Origin: Candidatus Moanibacter sp.
Lineage (GTDB): Bacteria; Verrucomicrobiota; Verrucomicrobiia; Opitutales; UBA2987
DNA length: 64,000 bases
NCBI GenBank assembly: GCA_965215885.1
Contig: CBDCEW010000099.1
Coordinates: 86,742-150,741, forward strand
Direction of reading: 5' to 3'
Within the stretch, counting starts at the first letter, position 1; every line of letters starts with the position of its first letter. This document shows positions 20,722 to 29,677 of the stretch, one piece after another. Under the pieces are notes generated by a model, which worked only from the letters and a program-made list of their open reading frames with translations, ran no database searches and was not told where the DNA came from. Both the position numbers and the translations under genes were made by a program.

Positions 20722-21261
20722 TCATGTCTGCAGGACAGATTCCAGGCTCTTGCGGAGTGAGGAGAGTGCGTAACGATATCGAGATGCGACTGTATTCCTC
20801 GAGATATCCAGGACGTGGCTTATTTGTTCGAAAGTCAGGTCTCCCCATATCTTTAGCGTGAGGACTTCTTGTTGCTCTTGCGGAAGTCGCATATATGAAG
20901 ATTCGATCATCTTCTTGCGTTCGCTATCCTCCAACGGAAGTTCGAATACGTAGAGATTTCGGCCCCAAATTTCGTCGGCAACTTTCTCTCTCGCCAAACG
21001 TCTGGAATTCTTTCTGGCGAGATCAATTGCGCTTCTGCGAATCGTCTTATAAGCTGCCGGGGCGTGTGGCAGATTACCGTCACGATATTGTCTCCAAAGG
21101 CGGATAACCGCATCCTGGAGGACGTCTTCGGCATCGGATTGGGAGCGGGTCTGCTGCCTGGCGAAGAGCAGCAGGCGGGGCCCGTAGGTTTGAAACCATC
21201 CTTTCCAGGAAGAATGAGCGTCTGGTAGATCCATGCCCGTTGTGTCATTACTCTGACACAT
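20722..21261 (-). CDS. ECF RNA polymerase sigma factor
   Basis: DAEDVLQDA, LP.EQ.EV..LKIW..LTF..I...L.IS.NTVASRYRYA. Confidence 0.92.
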   Translation of the reverse strand: MCQSNDTTGMDLPDAHSSWKGWFQTYGPRLLLFARQQTRSQSDAEDVLQDAVIRLWRQYRDGNLPHAPAAYKTIRRSAIDLARKNSRRLAREKVADEIWGRNLYVFELPLEDSERKKMIESSYMRLPQEQQEVLTLKIWGDLTFEQISHVLDISRNTVASRYRYALSSLRKSLESVLQT

Positions 21262-21444
21262 ATAGCGTCACAGACCCCTGAATTTGTCTAATTGTTCAAC
21301 CTACTAACATCGAACTATGGCATTTGCCATCAAGCTAAACGCGTTCGAAGTCCGACAGGCTCTTAGTGTGCAGACGAAAATGGAACGCCAAACAAAGCAG
21401 AAATCAGGAAATTGCCTAATGGATCTCACTAATTCCTACCTCTC

Positions 21445-21632
21445 TGTCATCGCGAGCAGACCATAGGGAGGCGTGGCGATCCAGACATTGTGACGAAGCA
21501 ACGATTCCGTTGAGCGGGTTGTCCAAACAGTTTTCCTCATTGCATAGTCTCCTGATGCGGCAGGTTGTGACAGTTCGAAATTTTAGAAGACTGAAGGTGT
21601 GGATTGCTTCGTTATTCTTCCTCGCAATGACA
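21445..21632. repeat. GTCATTGCGAG...CTCGCAATGAC palindromic repeat, long copy
   Basis: tgtcatcgcgag...gcgatcca / tggattgcttcg...ctcgcaatgaca; sister copy at 45406-45487. Confidence 0.75.
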
Positions 21633-21721
21633 AGTTTCGAATGCAGGAGCGAATAGGTGATTCAAGATCTACATTTGATCTGCCCTAACCTGGTGATTTC
21701 TTTGAAATCTCTTGGTTGGCC

Positions 21722-22015
21722 CTACGGACTGTTAGAGACAAGCAGACTTCGCCTCAGCTTAGTGAGGAAATTGTATGGCCAGTCTCTTTCTACCATTCGT
21801 AACGCAAAGTTGGGTATCCAGCCGGATGGCTCCACTTGCCCCTCGATTGAGAGATCCCATATTCCCTTTCCGCTCGTGGAAGGCTTCAGTTGGATGTGTG
21901 CCTGTTTAAACTTCGCGCGGACGAATTTTCGGGGCGCATCATAAGGGTCGTCCACTGAGATGAGGGCATTGTAATCACGTGTCGGATGGGCGCTCCCACA
22001 TGCGTTACCGAATTT
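21722..22015 (-). pseudogene. Possible START/lipid-binding domain C-terminal fragment
   Basis: Reads ...HPTRDY...GQVEPSGWIPNFA.......PY..L..LR, typical of a START C-terminus; no full-length ORF. Confidence 0.35.
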
Positions 22016-22162
22016 ACGAATTCGAGTACCTAGGTTTGTTTATCGTCGATATACGATTAAACGTTAGTCAAATTCTGGATTCTGAATTGAAGGTCGGCAG
22101 TCCTCGAGCAGTTTTTTTGGAATTGCCTCAGACGGCCTTCGCTGAGGCAATATTGTCGAATG

Positions 22163-22311
22163 AGGAATCTGTCGGGCTTAGCAATCCTAATCCCGTCACG
22201 CCGGGAGTTACAGATCGAGATTCCGACCCAGATAGGACCGACAGATTCCCAGGAAGAAAATGAAAGCGAGTAGCTGTTTCGAAAGAGGCATAAAGTCCGA
22301 CAGGTTGTTAG
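22163..22311. mobile_element. GGAATCTGTCGG...CCGACAGATTCC MITE-like repeat plus extension, copy A
   Basis: Terminal IRs and internal blocks shared with 40454-40638. Confidence 0.7.
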
Positions 22312-24914
22312 GGCGGCTTCTTGTAGGATTTTTTCTCGTGACCATTACTGGTTATCCGGAGGAATTGAGTTACTTCCTCCCGGAAGAGACGGTCTACGAT
22401 CCATCGGTTCCAAGTCCAGCGTCTTTTCTTGGTTATGAAGTTGGTGAGCGCCATGTCCGGCACCATGAACTGGTGGCTTACATGGAGGCTCTGGCGGGCG
22501 CTTCAGATAGAGTATTGCTGGAGGAGTACGCCCGGAGTTTCGGCGAGAAACCGCTCCAGATTCTGACGATAACGTCGCCTCAGAACCACAGGAATGTGGA
22601 GACGATCCGAGCGAATCATTTACTTCTCAGCGATCCGGAAGCCCCAAAGCGAATTAAGTTAAAAGAACAGCCGGTCGTGGTGAACCTCAGTTACGGTGTG
22701 CACGGGGATGAGGCGAGCGGTAGCAATGCCGCGATTCTGGTAGCCTACTATCTGGCTGCAGGTGTTGGAGAAAAGGTGAATTTGCTCTTGCGGGATTGTG
22801 TTGTTCTGCTCGATCCCGCACTCAATCCGGACGGTCTCGATAGGTTTGCTCAATGGGTCAATCGCCACGTAGGAAGAAGACCGAATGCGGATCCGAATCA
22901 CCGCGAGCATAGTGAGTCGTGGCCGAGGGGCCGGACAAACTATTACCTCTTCGATCTTAACCGCGATTGGTTGCCTGCGCAGAATCCGGAGAGCCGCGGA
23001 CGGCTTGAACAGTTTCATCGGTGGAAGCCGAATATCCTTGCCGATTTTCATGAAATGGGAACCGAATTCACTTATTTTTTTCAGCCCGGCGTTCCTGAGA
23101 GAAACAACCCTCTTACCCCTTCCGCGGTATTCGAATTGACCTCGCGTCTTGCGCATTTTCATACGCGTGCCTTGGATCGTATCGGAAGCCTGTATTTCAC
23201 TAAAGAGGTCTATGACGATTTCTTTGTGGGTAAGGGGTCGACTTATCCGGATTTACAGGGAGCCATCGGCATTCTTTTCGAACAGGCCAGCTCCCGGGGA
23301 CAGCTTCAGAGGAGCGATAACGGCATCCTGAGCTTCGCTCATACTATCAGGAATCATGTCGTTACTTCCCTCTCTACATTGGAAGGTTCCCGGGATATGC
23401 GCTTGGACCTGCTCCTACACCAGCGTGACTTTTTTAACGAATCGCTTCAGCTGGGAAAGGAGTCGGAAGTCAAAGCATATCTCTTCAGTGCTCCCGATGA
23501 CTCCGCTCGGGCCTTTCACTTCCTGGAAATCCTGCATGCTCATCAGATTCGAGTCTATCGTCTGAGAAAAGGTCTGAAAGTAGGGGAATTCGAGTTTTCT
23601 CCCGACGATACTTTCATCGTGCCGACAGCACAACCTCAATACCGCTACCTGACTTCTCTTTTCGAGTTGCGCACGGAATTTGAAGAGAACGTCTTTTACG
23701 ATATCTCCGGCTGGACGCTGCCTCTTGCCTTCAATCTTCGATTCGCCGAAATTGGATCAGAATATCGAAAACAGTTGTTAGGAGAGCCCGTCGTGATTCC
23801 GGGATTTCCCAGCCGGCAGTTCTCTGACGAAGAGACTTCCTTGGCATACTTGATCGATTGGCGCGGTTATTATGCGCCAAGATCGCTCCAGAGGTTGCTC
23901 GATGCGGGCGCTCTCGTCAAAGTGGCGCAGAAGCCGTTCGAAATGGATATCGGAGACCAGAGGCGGCGATTCGGCTACGGCACTCTTCTCGTTGCCCGGT
24001 CCATACAGGCTGAATCGATTGATGCAATCGTGGAGGTTCTCCAAGTTTGTTCGAAGGATGATGGCGTAAACGTTGTATCGGTCGAGACGTCGTTATCACC
24101 CTCTGGAATCGATCTCGGAAGCCGTCAATTCGCTATCGTGAAAAATCCGAGGGTTCTCTTGATCTCTGGAGAGTACACTTCCCAATACGAAGTCGGGCAG
24201 GTCTGGCACCTGCTTGATAGACGTTTCTCGATTCCCGTAACTCTCCTCGATGGTCACCGACTTCAGTCTCTGGACTTAAGCGAATACACCTCCATTGTCC
24301 TGGTGAGTGGAAAGCATAAGCTTCTCGGGCAGGATTCGATTGCAGCCTTGAAGGCGTGGATCGATCAAGGCGGCACCCTTATCTGCATAGGCAATGCCGT
24401 CAAATGGGTAATCGAAAATGAAATCGCGGACGGGAAGGTCAAAGGCGAAGTTGGAGAGGAATATCGAGAGTCTGAAATGGCAACTGCGATACTTGGGGAA
24501 AAGGAGAATGTTGAACCACGGCCCTATGCTGAGGCCCAGCGTGATTTGGCCTTCGAAATCGTGCGCGGAGCCATCCTAAAGGCTGAACTGGACATTACCC
24601 ATCCCCTCTGCTACGGCTATCAGTCCAATGTTTTGCCCGTATTTCGTGATAATCGAATCTCTCTCGAGCCCTCTACAAACGCGTATGCAACGCCGGTTAG
24701 GTATTCGGGAGATCCGTTACTCGGCGGCTACGTTTCCCAAGATAATCTCGATCGGTTAGCTGGTTCGGCCGGCGTTGTCGTCGATCAGCGCGGAAAGGGC
24801 CGAATCATCCTTATGGTCGATAATCCAAACTTTCGCGGATACTGGTACGGCACGAATCGCCTGTTTCTCAACAGCATTTTCTTCGGCCCCCTCATTAGAG
24901 AACCCAAACCGTGA
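22260..24914 (+). CDS. M14 family zinc carboxypeptidase (secreted)
   Basis: VHGDE.SG, NPDG, GRTNYY.FDLNRDW, DFHEMG; C-terminal GATase-like domain. Confidence 0.9.
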   Translation: MKASSCFERGIKSDRLLGRLLVGFFLVTITGYPEELSYFLPEETVYDPSVPSPASFLGYEVGERHVRHHELVAYMEALAGASDRVLLEEYARSFGEKPLQILTITSPQNHRNVETIRANHLLLSDPEAPKRIKLKEQPVVVNLSYGVHGDEASGSNAAILVAYYLAAGVGEKVNLLLRDCVVLLDPALNPDGLDRFAQWVNRHVGRRPNADPNHREHSESWPRGRTNYYLFDLNRDWLPAQNPESRGRLEQFHRWKPNILADFHEMGTEFTYFFQPGVPERNNPLTPSAVFELTSRLAHFHTRALDRIGSLYFTKEVYDDFFVGKGSTYPDLQGAIGILFEQASSRGQLQRSDNGILSFAHTIRNHVVTSLSTLEGSRDMRLDLLLHQRDFFNESLQLGKESEVKAYLFSAPDDSARAFHFLEILHAHQIRVYRLRKGLKVGEFEFSPDDTFIVPTAQPQYRYLTSLFELRTEFEENVFYDISGWTLPLAFNLRFAEIGSEYRKQLLGEPVVIPGFPSRQFSDEETSLAYLIDWRGYYAPRSLQRLLDAGALVKVAQKPFEMDIGDQRRRFGYGTLLVARSIQAESIDAIVEVLQVCSKDDGVNVVSVETSLSPSGIDLGSRQFAIVKNPRVLLISGEYTSQYEVGQVWHLLDRRFSIPVTLLDGHRLQSLDLSEYTSIVLVSGKHKLLGQDSIAALKAWIDQGGTLICIGNAVKWVIENEIADGKVKGEVGEEYRESEMATAILGEKENVEPRPYAEAQRDLAFEIVRGAILKAELDITHPLCYGYQSNVLPVFRDNRISLEPSTNAYATPVRYSGDPLLGGYVSQDNLDRLAGSAGVVVDQRGKGRIILMVDNPNFRGYWYGTNRLFLNSIFFGPLIREPKP

Positions 24915-24917
24915 TAG

Positions 24918-25706
24918 TTAAGTCTCCACACTCACTTTACGGTCGAAGTGCGTGTAGCCGCCGTCCACAAATAGTATCTGACCGGTGGTATGGGAGGAGC
25001 GATCCGATGATAGAAAGACGACCATATCGGCGATTTCCTCTTTCGTCGTCATGCGATGGCCCAGGGGAATCAGGTTCTCGATTTTCTTGAGAGTTCCTTC
25101 CGGATCGCCCAGGGTCTGCAGCCAGCGTTCGTAGAGTGGCGTCATTACTTCGGCCGGCAATACCGCATTGACGCGGATACCGTGCGGCGCCAGATCGACT
25201 GCCCACTCCCGAGTGAGAGAATTTATACCCCCTTTGGAGGCGGCATAGCCAGAAGTGTTGCCCTGCCCGGTGACACTGACCTTTGATCCAATGTTGATGA
25301 TAACTCCCCCGGACTGTTTGAGGTGATGGAGAGCAAAGTGGGTGACTGCGAAATAATGAAAGAGGTTGTTTTGCAGGGACCCCATAAATTCAGAGGGTGT
25401 TCTGTCCAATCCGACACTGTCGTTCACACCTGCGTTGTTTACCAATATGTCGATTCGCCCGAAGACCGTAACCGTTTCCTCTACACACTTCCTGCAATCC
25501 TCTTCTTTCGTGAGGTCGGCCTGAATGAAAAGCGCATTCTTCCGGTCACTCTTTAATTCTTCGACAAGAGCGAGGCCTGCCTTCGTGCTGCGGTTCACGA
25601 CGATTACGATGGCCTCTTCTGCCGCGAAGGAACGCGCGATACCTTCGCCAATACCTTTCGCACCTCCTGTAACGATGACGACTTTGTTATTCAGATTCAG
25701 GTTCAT
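24918..25706 (-). CDS. SDR oxidoreductase (L-fucose dehydrogenase-like)
   Basis: TGGAKGIG, NNAGVND.VGL, GQG.TSGYAASKG, LTREWA, PAEVMTPLY. Confidence 0.85.
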   Translation of the reverse strand: MNLNLNNKVVIVTGGAKGIGEGIARSFAAEEAIVIVVNRSTKAGLALVEELKSDRKNALFIQADLTKEEDCRKCVEETVTVFGRIDILVNNAGVNDSVGLDRTPSEFMGSLQNNLFHYFAVTHFALHHLKQSGGVIINIGSKVSVTGQGNTSGYAASKGGINSLTREWAVDLAPHGIRVNAVLPAEVMTPLYERWLQTLGDPEGTLKKIENLIPLGHRMTTKEEIADMVVFLSSDRSSHTTGQILFVDGGYTHFDRKVSVET

Positions 25707-25860
25707 GGAACGGAATACTGAGTTTGATCAACGGAGTGGAGAATTAGTGGAAGTAGCTTGAAGTGGTCGTGGTTGTTTATCCTTACATGCACCTCCCCAT
25801 GTTCAACAATCAATTGCTAAGTGACTCGGTCTTTCTAACATCGTAAAAAGTGAGGTAATT

Positions 25861-26826
25861 ATGATGTATTCGTTTTATCCATGTAAACTGATAATCAGCG
25901 CTTCCGTGGTTCTGTTCTTAATGGCTATCTACCAGACCGTGATGGGCCAGGATCGTAGCGATGAAGAAAAGGTAAGAATCGCCGTGATCCACGGCGCTAC
26001 TTTTGGCGATCCCGACAAATTCGGGGAAGGAGTCGTGGTAAAGGAGGGGGAGTTTACCGTAGAGACTTCTCTGGGAACCAGTCCTCCCATCACGAGAATG
26101 CGTTACAAAGGGGTGCCGTTTTACTTTTTTCGCGGCTTTTTGCGGAATCCGGTTGGTTCCCTGTATCCTCCCGGTTGGGAAAAGGTCAAGGCATTTGCCG
26201 CCCTCCACCAGTTAGGCGTTACGCACGTGTTGGGGGGCGATATCTGTGGAAGCATCAATACCGGCTACGACTTCGATGACTTCGTGGTGGTTGACGATTT
26301 TATTCTGATGGATAACCAACGCCCGCAGAACATCCTCCAGGTAACGGGCATTAAGCGACCCGGTGTCTTTCCGAATTTTGAGACACCGTTCTGTCCCGAC
26401 CTCCGAAAACTCTACACCGAGGTTTCGATGCGCTTATATGATGGGCGTGTCCATACAGGCGGTGTGATGGTGCAGGATGATCCGGGGCGATTTGAGACAC
26501 CCGCTGAAATACGTCGGATGCGACTCTTCGGAGGCGATCTCGTGAGCCATGATAGCGTCACCGATGCCGTCTACGCCCGACAGCTGGGTATGCATTTCGC
26601 GCTTCTCAATTCGGTCTCCAATCCCGCCGTAGGAGTGCGCCCATTCACTTTTCGGGATATGCAAGAGAGCGTTCAACGGATCGCTGCTGGCGGGTTTCCC
26701 ATTCTTCTTGAATGTATCGTCCGCCTGACCGATCTGGAACAGACTTGTGGACACATCTGTATCGGCGAACCGGTCGAGGGCACCTTCACCGATCCCGAAG
26801 CCAAAACCGATGAGAATTTATATTGA
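25861..26826 (+). CDS. Divergent MTAP/purine nucleoside phosphorylase-fold protein with signal peptide
   Basis: VETSLG, ALHQLGV, DDFI, PFCPDLR, GRFETPAEIR; hydrophobic N-terminus. Confidence 0.75.
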   Translation: MMYSFYPCKLIISASVVLFLMAIYQTVMGQDRSDEEKVRIAVIHGATFGDPDKFGEGVVVKEGEFTVETSLGTSPPITRMRYKGVPFYFFRGFLRNPVGSLYPPGWEKVKAFAALHQLGVTHVLGGDICGSINTGYDFDDFVVVDDFILMDNQRPQNILQVTGIKRPGVFPNFETPFCPDLRKLYTEVSMRLYDGRVHTGGVMVQDDPGRFETPAEIRRMRLFGGDLVSHDSVTDAVYARQLGMHFALLNSVSNPAVGVRPFTFRDMQESVQRIAAGGFPILLECIVRLTDLEQTCGHICIGEPVEGTFTDPEAKTDENLY

Positions 26827-26827
26827 G

Positions 26828-28135
26828 TTAGAAATACAACCAGTATTTCCTGCTTATGGCCTGAAACACTCTGCTTTGCTTTTGCCACCTATCAATAAAT
26901 GCGCCAACGTTTACATCAGCCCCCTGACTGCTGATAGCTTGCCACCAGGCGGTTGAGCCGACGTGCTTATTAAAGAGAATAGCTTCCTTTTCAGTAGCGG
27001 CGGCAAACGGATTTCGCCTATTCCACTGACTAGCGATCTGCATAAGGTAGAAGCTTATTTCGGTGGGACGCACTCTTGTCCAATCGCTTACCGCTACATA
27101 GAGACCTCTCGCTTCACTGCCGTCAGCCTTGTGAAATTTGATAATTCGGAGTCCCAATCCCGGTAACACTTTTGCAGCAAGAGCATCACGAATCTGCTCG
27201 GGCGTTTTACCGGGATATCGAATAATGCGAAAGAGATAAGAAGGGCCGTAACCATGGGAAAATCCGCCAAGTTGGCACCCTAGTCCGGTCATGGCAAACC
27301 CCAGAGCCGCCGACAGATCAGTTATAGCGGGGGAGGTCGGTATCCATTTCAGACCGGTGCTGGGCCACATCATACGGCGCCGCCATCCGCGCATTGGCAC
27401 AACCGTCAATCGACCTCGATTGCGAGTCCGTTCTTCGACATCCAGCCATCCGGGAACACTGTGCGCCATTCCGGCGAGTTCTCCAATCGTCAACCCATGA
27501 ACGTAGGGCGTCGGAAATGGACCCACATAGCTTTTCCAACGCTTTTCCAGAAGAGGACCATCTACTTTTAAACCGCCCAATGGGTTTGGGCGGTCCAGAA
27601 CCACTACGTGGATGTCTGCTTCGAAGCAAGCCTCCAAGGAGAGCCGCATTGCGCTCACGTAAGTGTAAGCCCTGACTCCAACATCCTGAAGATCGATGAC
27701 CAGGACGTCTATACCGGCAAGCATTTCCGGCGAGGGTTTGCGGTGTTTTCCATAGAGGGAATATACGGGAAGTCCGGTTCGGCGATCCCTGCCATGAGCG
27801 ATCCGCTGATTCGCCTTTTCGTCTCCGTAAATGCCATGTTCGGGACCAAATAGGGCGACGAGGTTTACTCTCTTGTGACGTCTCAACACGTCGATCGTGC
27901 TGGTGCCGTAACGGTTGACACCCGCGGGGTGAGTGAGGAGACCGACACGCTTCCCTCGCAGGATTTCAAATTGCTTTTCCTCGAGAACGTCGATACCTAG
28001 GGCAATCTTTCCCTCCGCAATTTCCGCGGAGGTAAGTGCTGCGAGCAGAGTGGCTATCAAAAATGCCCTTTTCGAATAGCCTCTAGTTACTCTCCGGATC
28101 AAATTCAATTCGCTCTCCATTTCTGAATGATCCAC
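26828..28135 (-). CDS. DUF1343 exo-beta-N-acetylmuramidase NamZ family
   Basis: GKRVGLLT, LFGPEHG, YSLYG, DLQDVGVR.YTY, LDRPNPLGG, HGLTIGELA, W.PTSP. Confidence 0.9.
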   Translation of the reverse strand: MDHSEMESELNLIRRVTRGYSKRAFLIATLLAALTSAEIAEGKIALGIDVLEEKQFEILRGKRVGLLTHPAGVNRYGTSTIDVLRRHKRVNLVALFGPEHGIYGDEKANQRIAHGRDRRTGLPVYSLYGKHRKPSPEMLAGIDVLVIDLQDVGVRAYTYVSAMRLSLEACFEADIHVVVLDRPNPLGGLKVDGPLLEKRWKSYVGPFPTPYVHGLTIGELAGMAHSVPGWLDVEERTRNRGRLTVVPMRGWRRRMMWPSTGLKWIPTSPAITDLSAALGFAMTGLGCQLGGFSHGYGPSYLFRIIRYPGKTPEQIRDALAAKVLPGLGLRIIKFHKADGSEARGLYVAVSDWTRVRPTEISFYLMQIASQWNRRNPFAAATEKEAILFNKHVGSTAWWQAISSQGADVNVGAFIDRWQKQSRVFQAISRKYWLYF

Positions 28136-28147
28136 CTCCGAAACCTC

Positions 28148-28459
28148 TAGTCCGCTTTTCCTGGCTGTATCTGCAGTCGTAGGTGTATAGCGTGATGGCA
28201 GATGTCTTGGTTCGATGTTGGAAGCAAGGGGTCAAGCCTTAGAAGTGGCTGTTTTTCGGGGTCAGCCGCCTTAACAAATTGCCCTGAGCCTGTGAAGGGC
28301 GATTTGTAAGGCCTGACCCCCTCAGCGAAGCGGAAAAACAGCCACTTCTTAAGGTCATGACCCCGAACGGCGAATAAATCTGCGAGAACTTTAAGACCAT
28401 AAGCCATCGCGCTAAACACCTACCTTTAGTCCGACGGAAACAGCTAGGAAAAGCGGGCT
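28148..28459. mobile_element. TAGCCCGCTTTT-family MITE with nested palindromes
   Basis: Outer IRs agtccgcttttcctggctg / cagctaggaaaagcgggct; inner IRs agaagtggctgttttt (28241) / aaaaacagccacttct (28349); core gccctgagcctgtgaagggc. Confidence 0.75.
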
Positions 28460-29088
28460 CAAGCCTCTTGCGCAGTAGAAACACTGTCCGAAGATTTGGC
28501 TGATTTGATCTGCCGAATCTCGCTCATTCTGGAAAGGGACCTTGATGCACGTATGGCTGCGATTCTGTAGAGAAGGCTCGAAATGAATTCCGCAAAATAT
28601 CCGATTATCATTCCTCCAACCATCATCACCGTGACGTTGTATACTCCCTGTTTGAGCAGGTTTGTATCCTCCGGAAGGCCGGAAACCTGGGCCATTTGTC
28701 CCGTGTCGCCGAAAATGCTGAAAAGAAAGTCACCTATGGAGAAAGCGGTTAGGTAGATGAATGGTACCGTCAGGGGGTTTGAGATCAGCTGGAGCCCCAC
28801 CAGGATCGGCAGATTTGCTTTGAAAATCAACGCTCCAACAAAGGCGAGGGGTATCTGTGCGCCGAATAGTGGCATGAAGGCGAGAATGCAACCCGCGTAA
28901 AAGGCGGGCACGGTGTGCTTCGTGCGAAAGGACCACAAATAGGCGCGCTTGCGAGCGAATACGGTAAACCATTTAAGAAAGGGATACCGATGCAAGGTGG
29001 CGTGGCGCGGCAAAGGGCGCATCAGCCGCTTCAACCTTCTAATATGGGAGAACTGCTTCTCCCTGAGCCTCGCTTCTTCAGCTGCCAT
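28459..29088 (-). CDS. DUF2062 membrane protein
   Basis: LW.F, G...AF.P..G.Q, KANLP, ISNPLTVPFIY. Confidence 0.85.
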   Translation of the reverse strand: MAAEEARLREKQFSHIRRLKRLMRPLPRHATLHRYPFLKWFTVFARKRAYLWSFRTKHTVPAFYAGCILAFMPLFGAQIPLAFVGALIFKANLPILVGLQLISNPLTVPFIYLTAFSIGDFLFSIFGDTGQMAQVSGLPEDTNLLKQGVYNVTVMMVGGMIIGYFAEFISSLLYRIAAIRASRSLSRMSEIRQIKSAKSSDSVSTAQEA

Positions 29089-29457
29089 AGTTTGTCCCCA
29101 GAATCTCGTAGGGGAAGTCTGGGATTTTGGTTGTTCTAATAAGAGTGGGATCAAGGCTAACCTATTTCCCACTCTTTATCGACCAAAATCTTCAGAATTT
29201 AATCACGAGAATAGAGTCGGCAATTTTTGTCCAATTGGCGAAAGAGTTAGATACCCCGTCCGCGGCATGCCGGGACGGGGAGTATTCATCGTGCGCGGAG
29301 CCCATCGACATTTTTCGGATTAGTCCGGCCCCCGGCGCGCAGACCCTTGCCGGATCAAACTCTGCCGTACGGCAGAGTGAAACCTTGACCCACCCTTCCG
29401 TCTTCGCTCCGCTCTCTCTTCGCCGAGACATGCCGGACACCTCTTCCTGGGAGGGCG

Positions 29458-29545
29458 ACCCACCCCTAACCCCTCCCAGGAGGGGATCTGTTCACTGGGG
29501 AGCTCGTTTACTAAGTTCCCCTCCTGGGAGGGGTTAGGGGTGGGT
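29458..29545. repeat. CCCCTCCCAGGAGGGG palindromic doublet
   Basis: acccacccctaacccctcccaggagggga ... tcccctcctgggaggggttaggggtgggt (perfect IR). Confidence 0.85.
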
Positions 29546-29677
29546 TTCTTCCAAGCCCGCTTCTACCTTCATTAAATGTTAGCCAACCGCCGGCAAACCC
29601 AGCCTGCCCTGAGCCCGCCGATGGGTTGAAAACCCTGAGCCAGTCGAAAGGCATGCATAGTAAGTCTACAATTGCGA

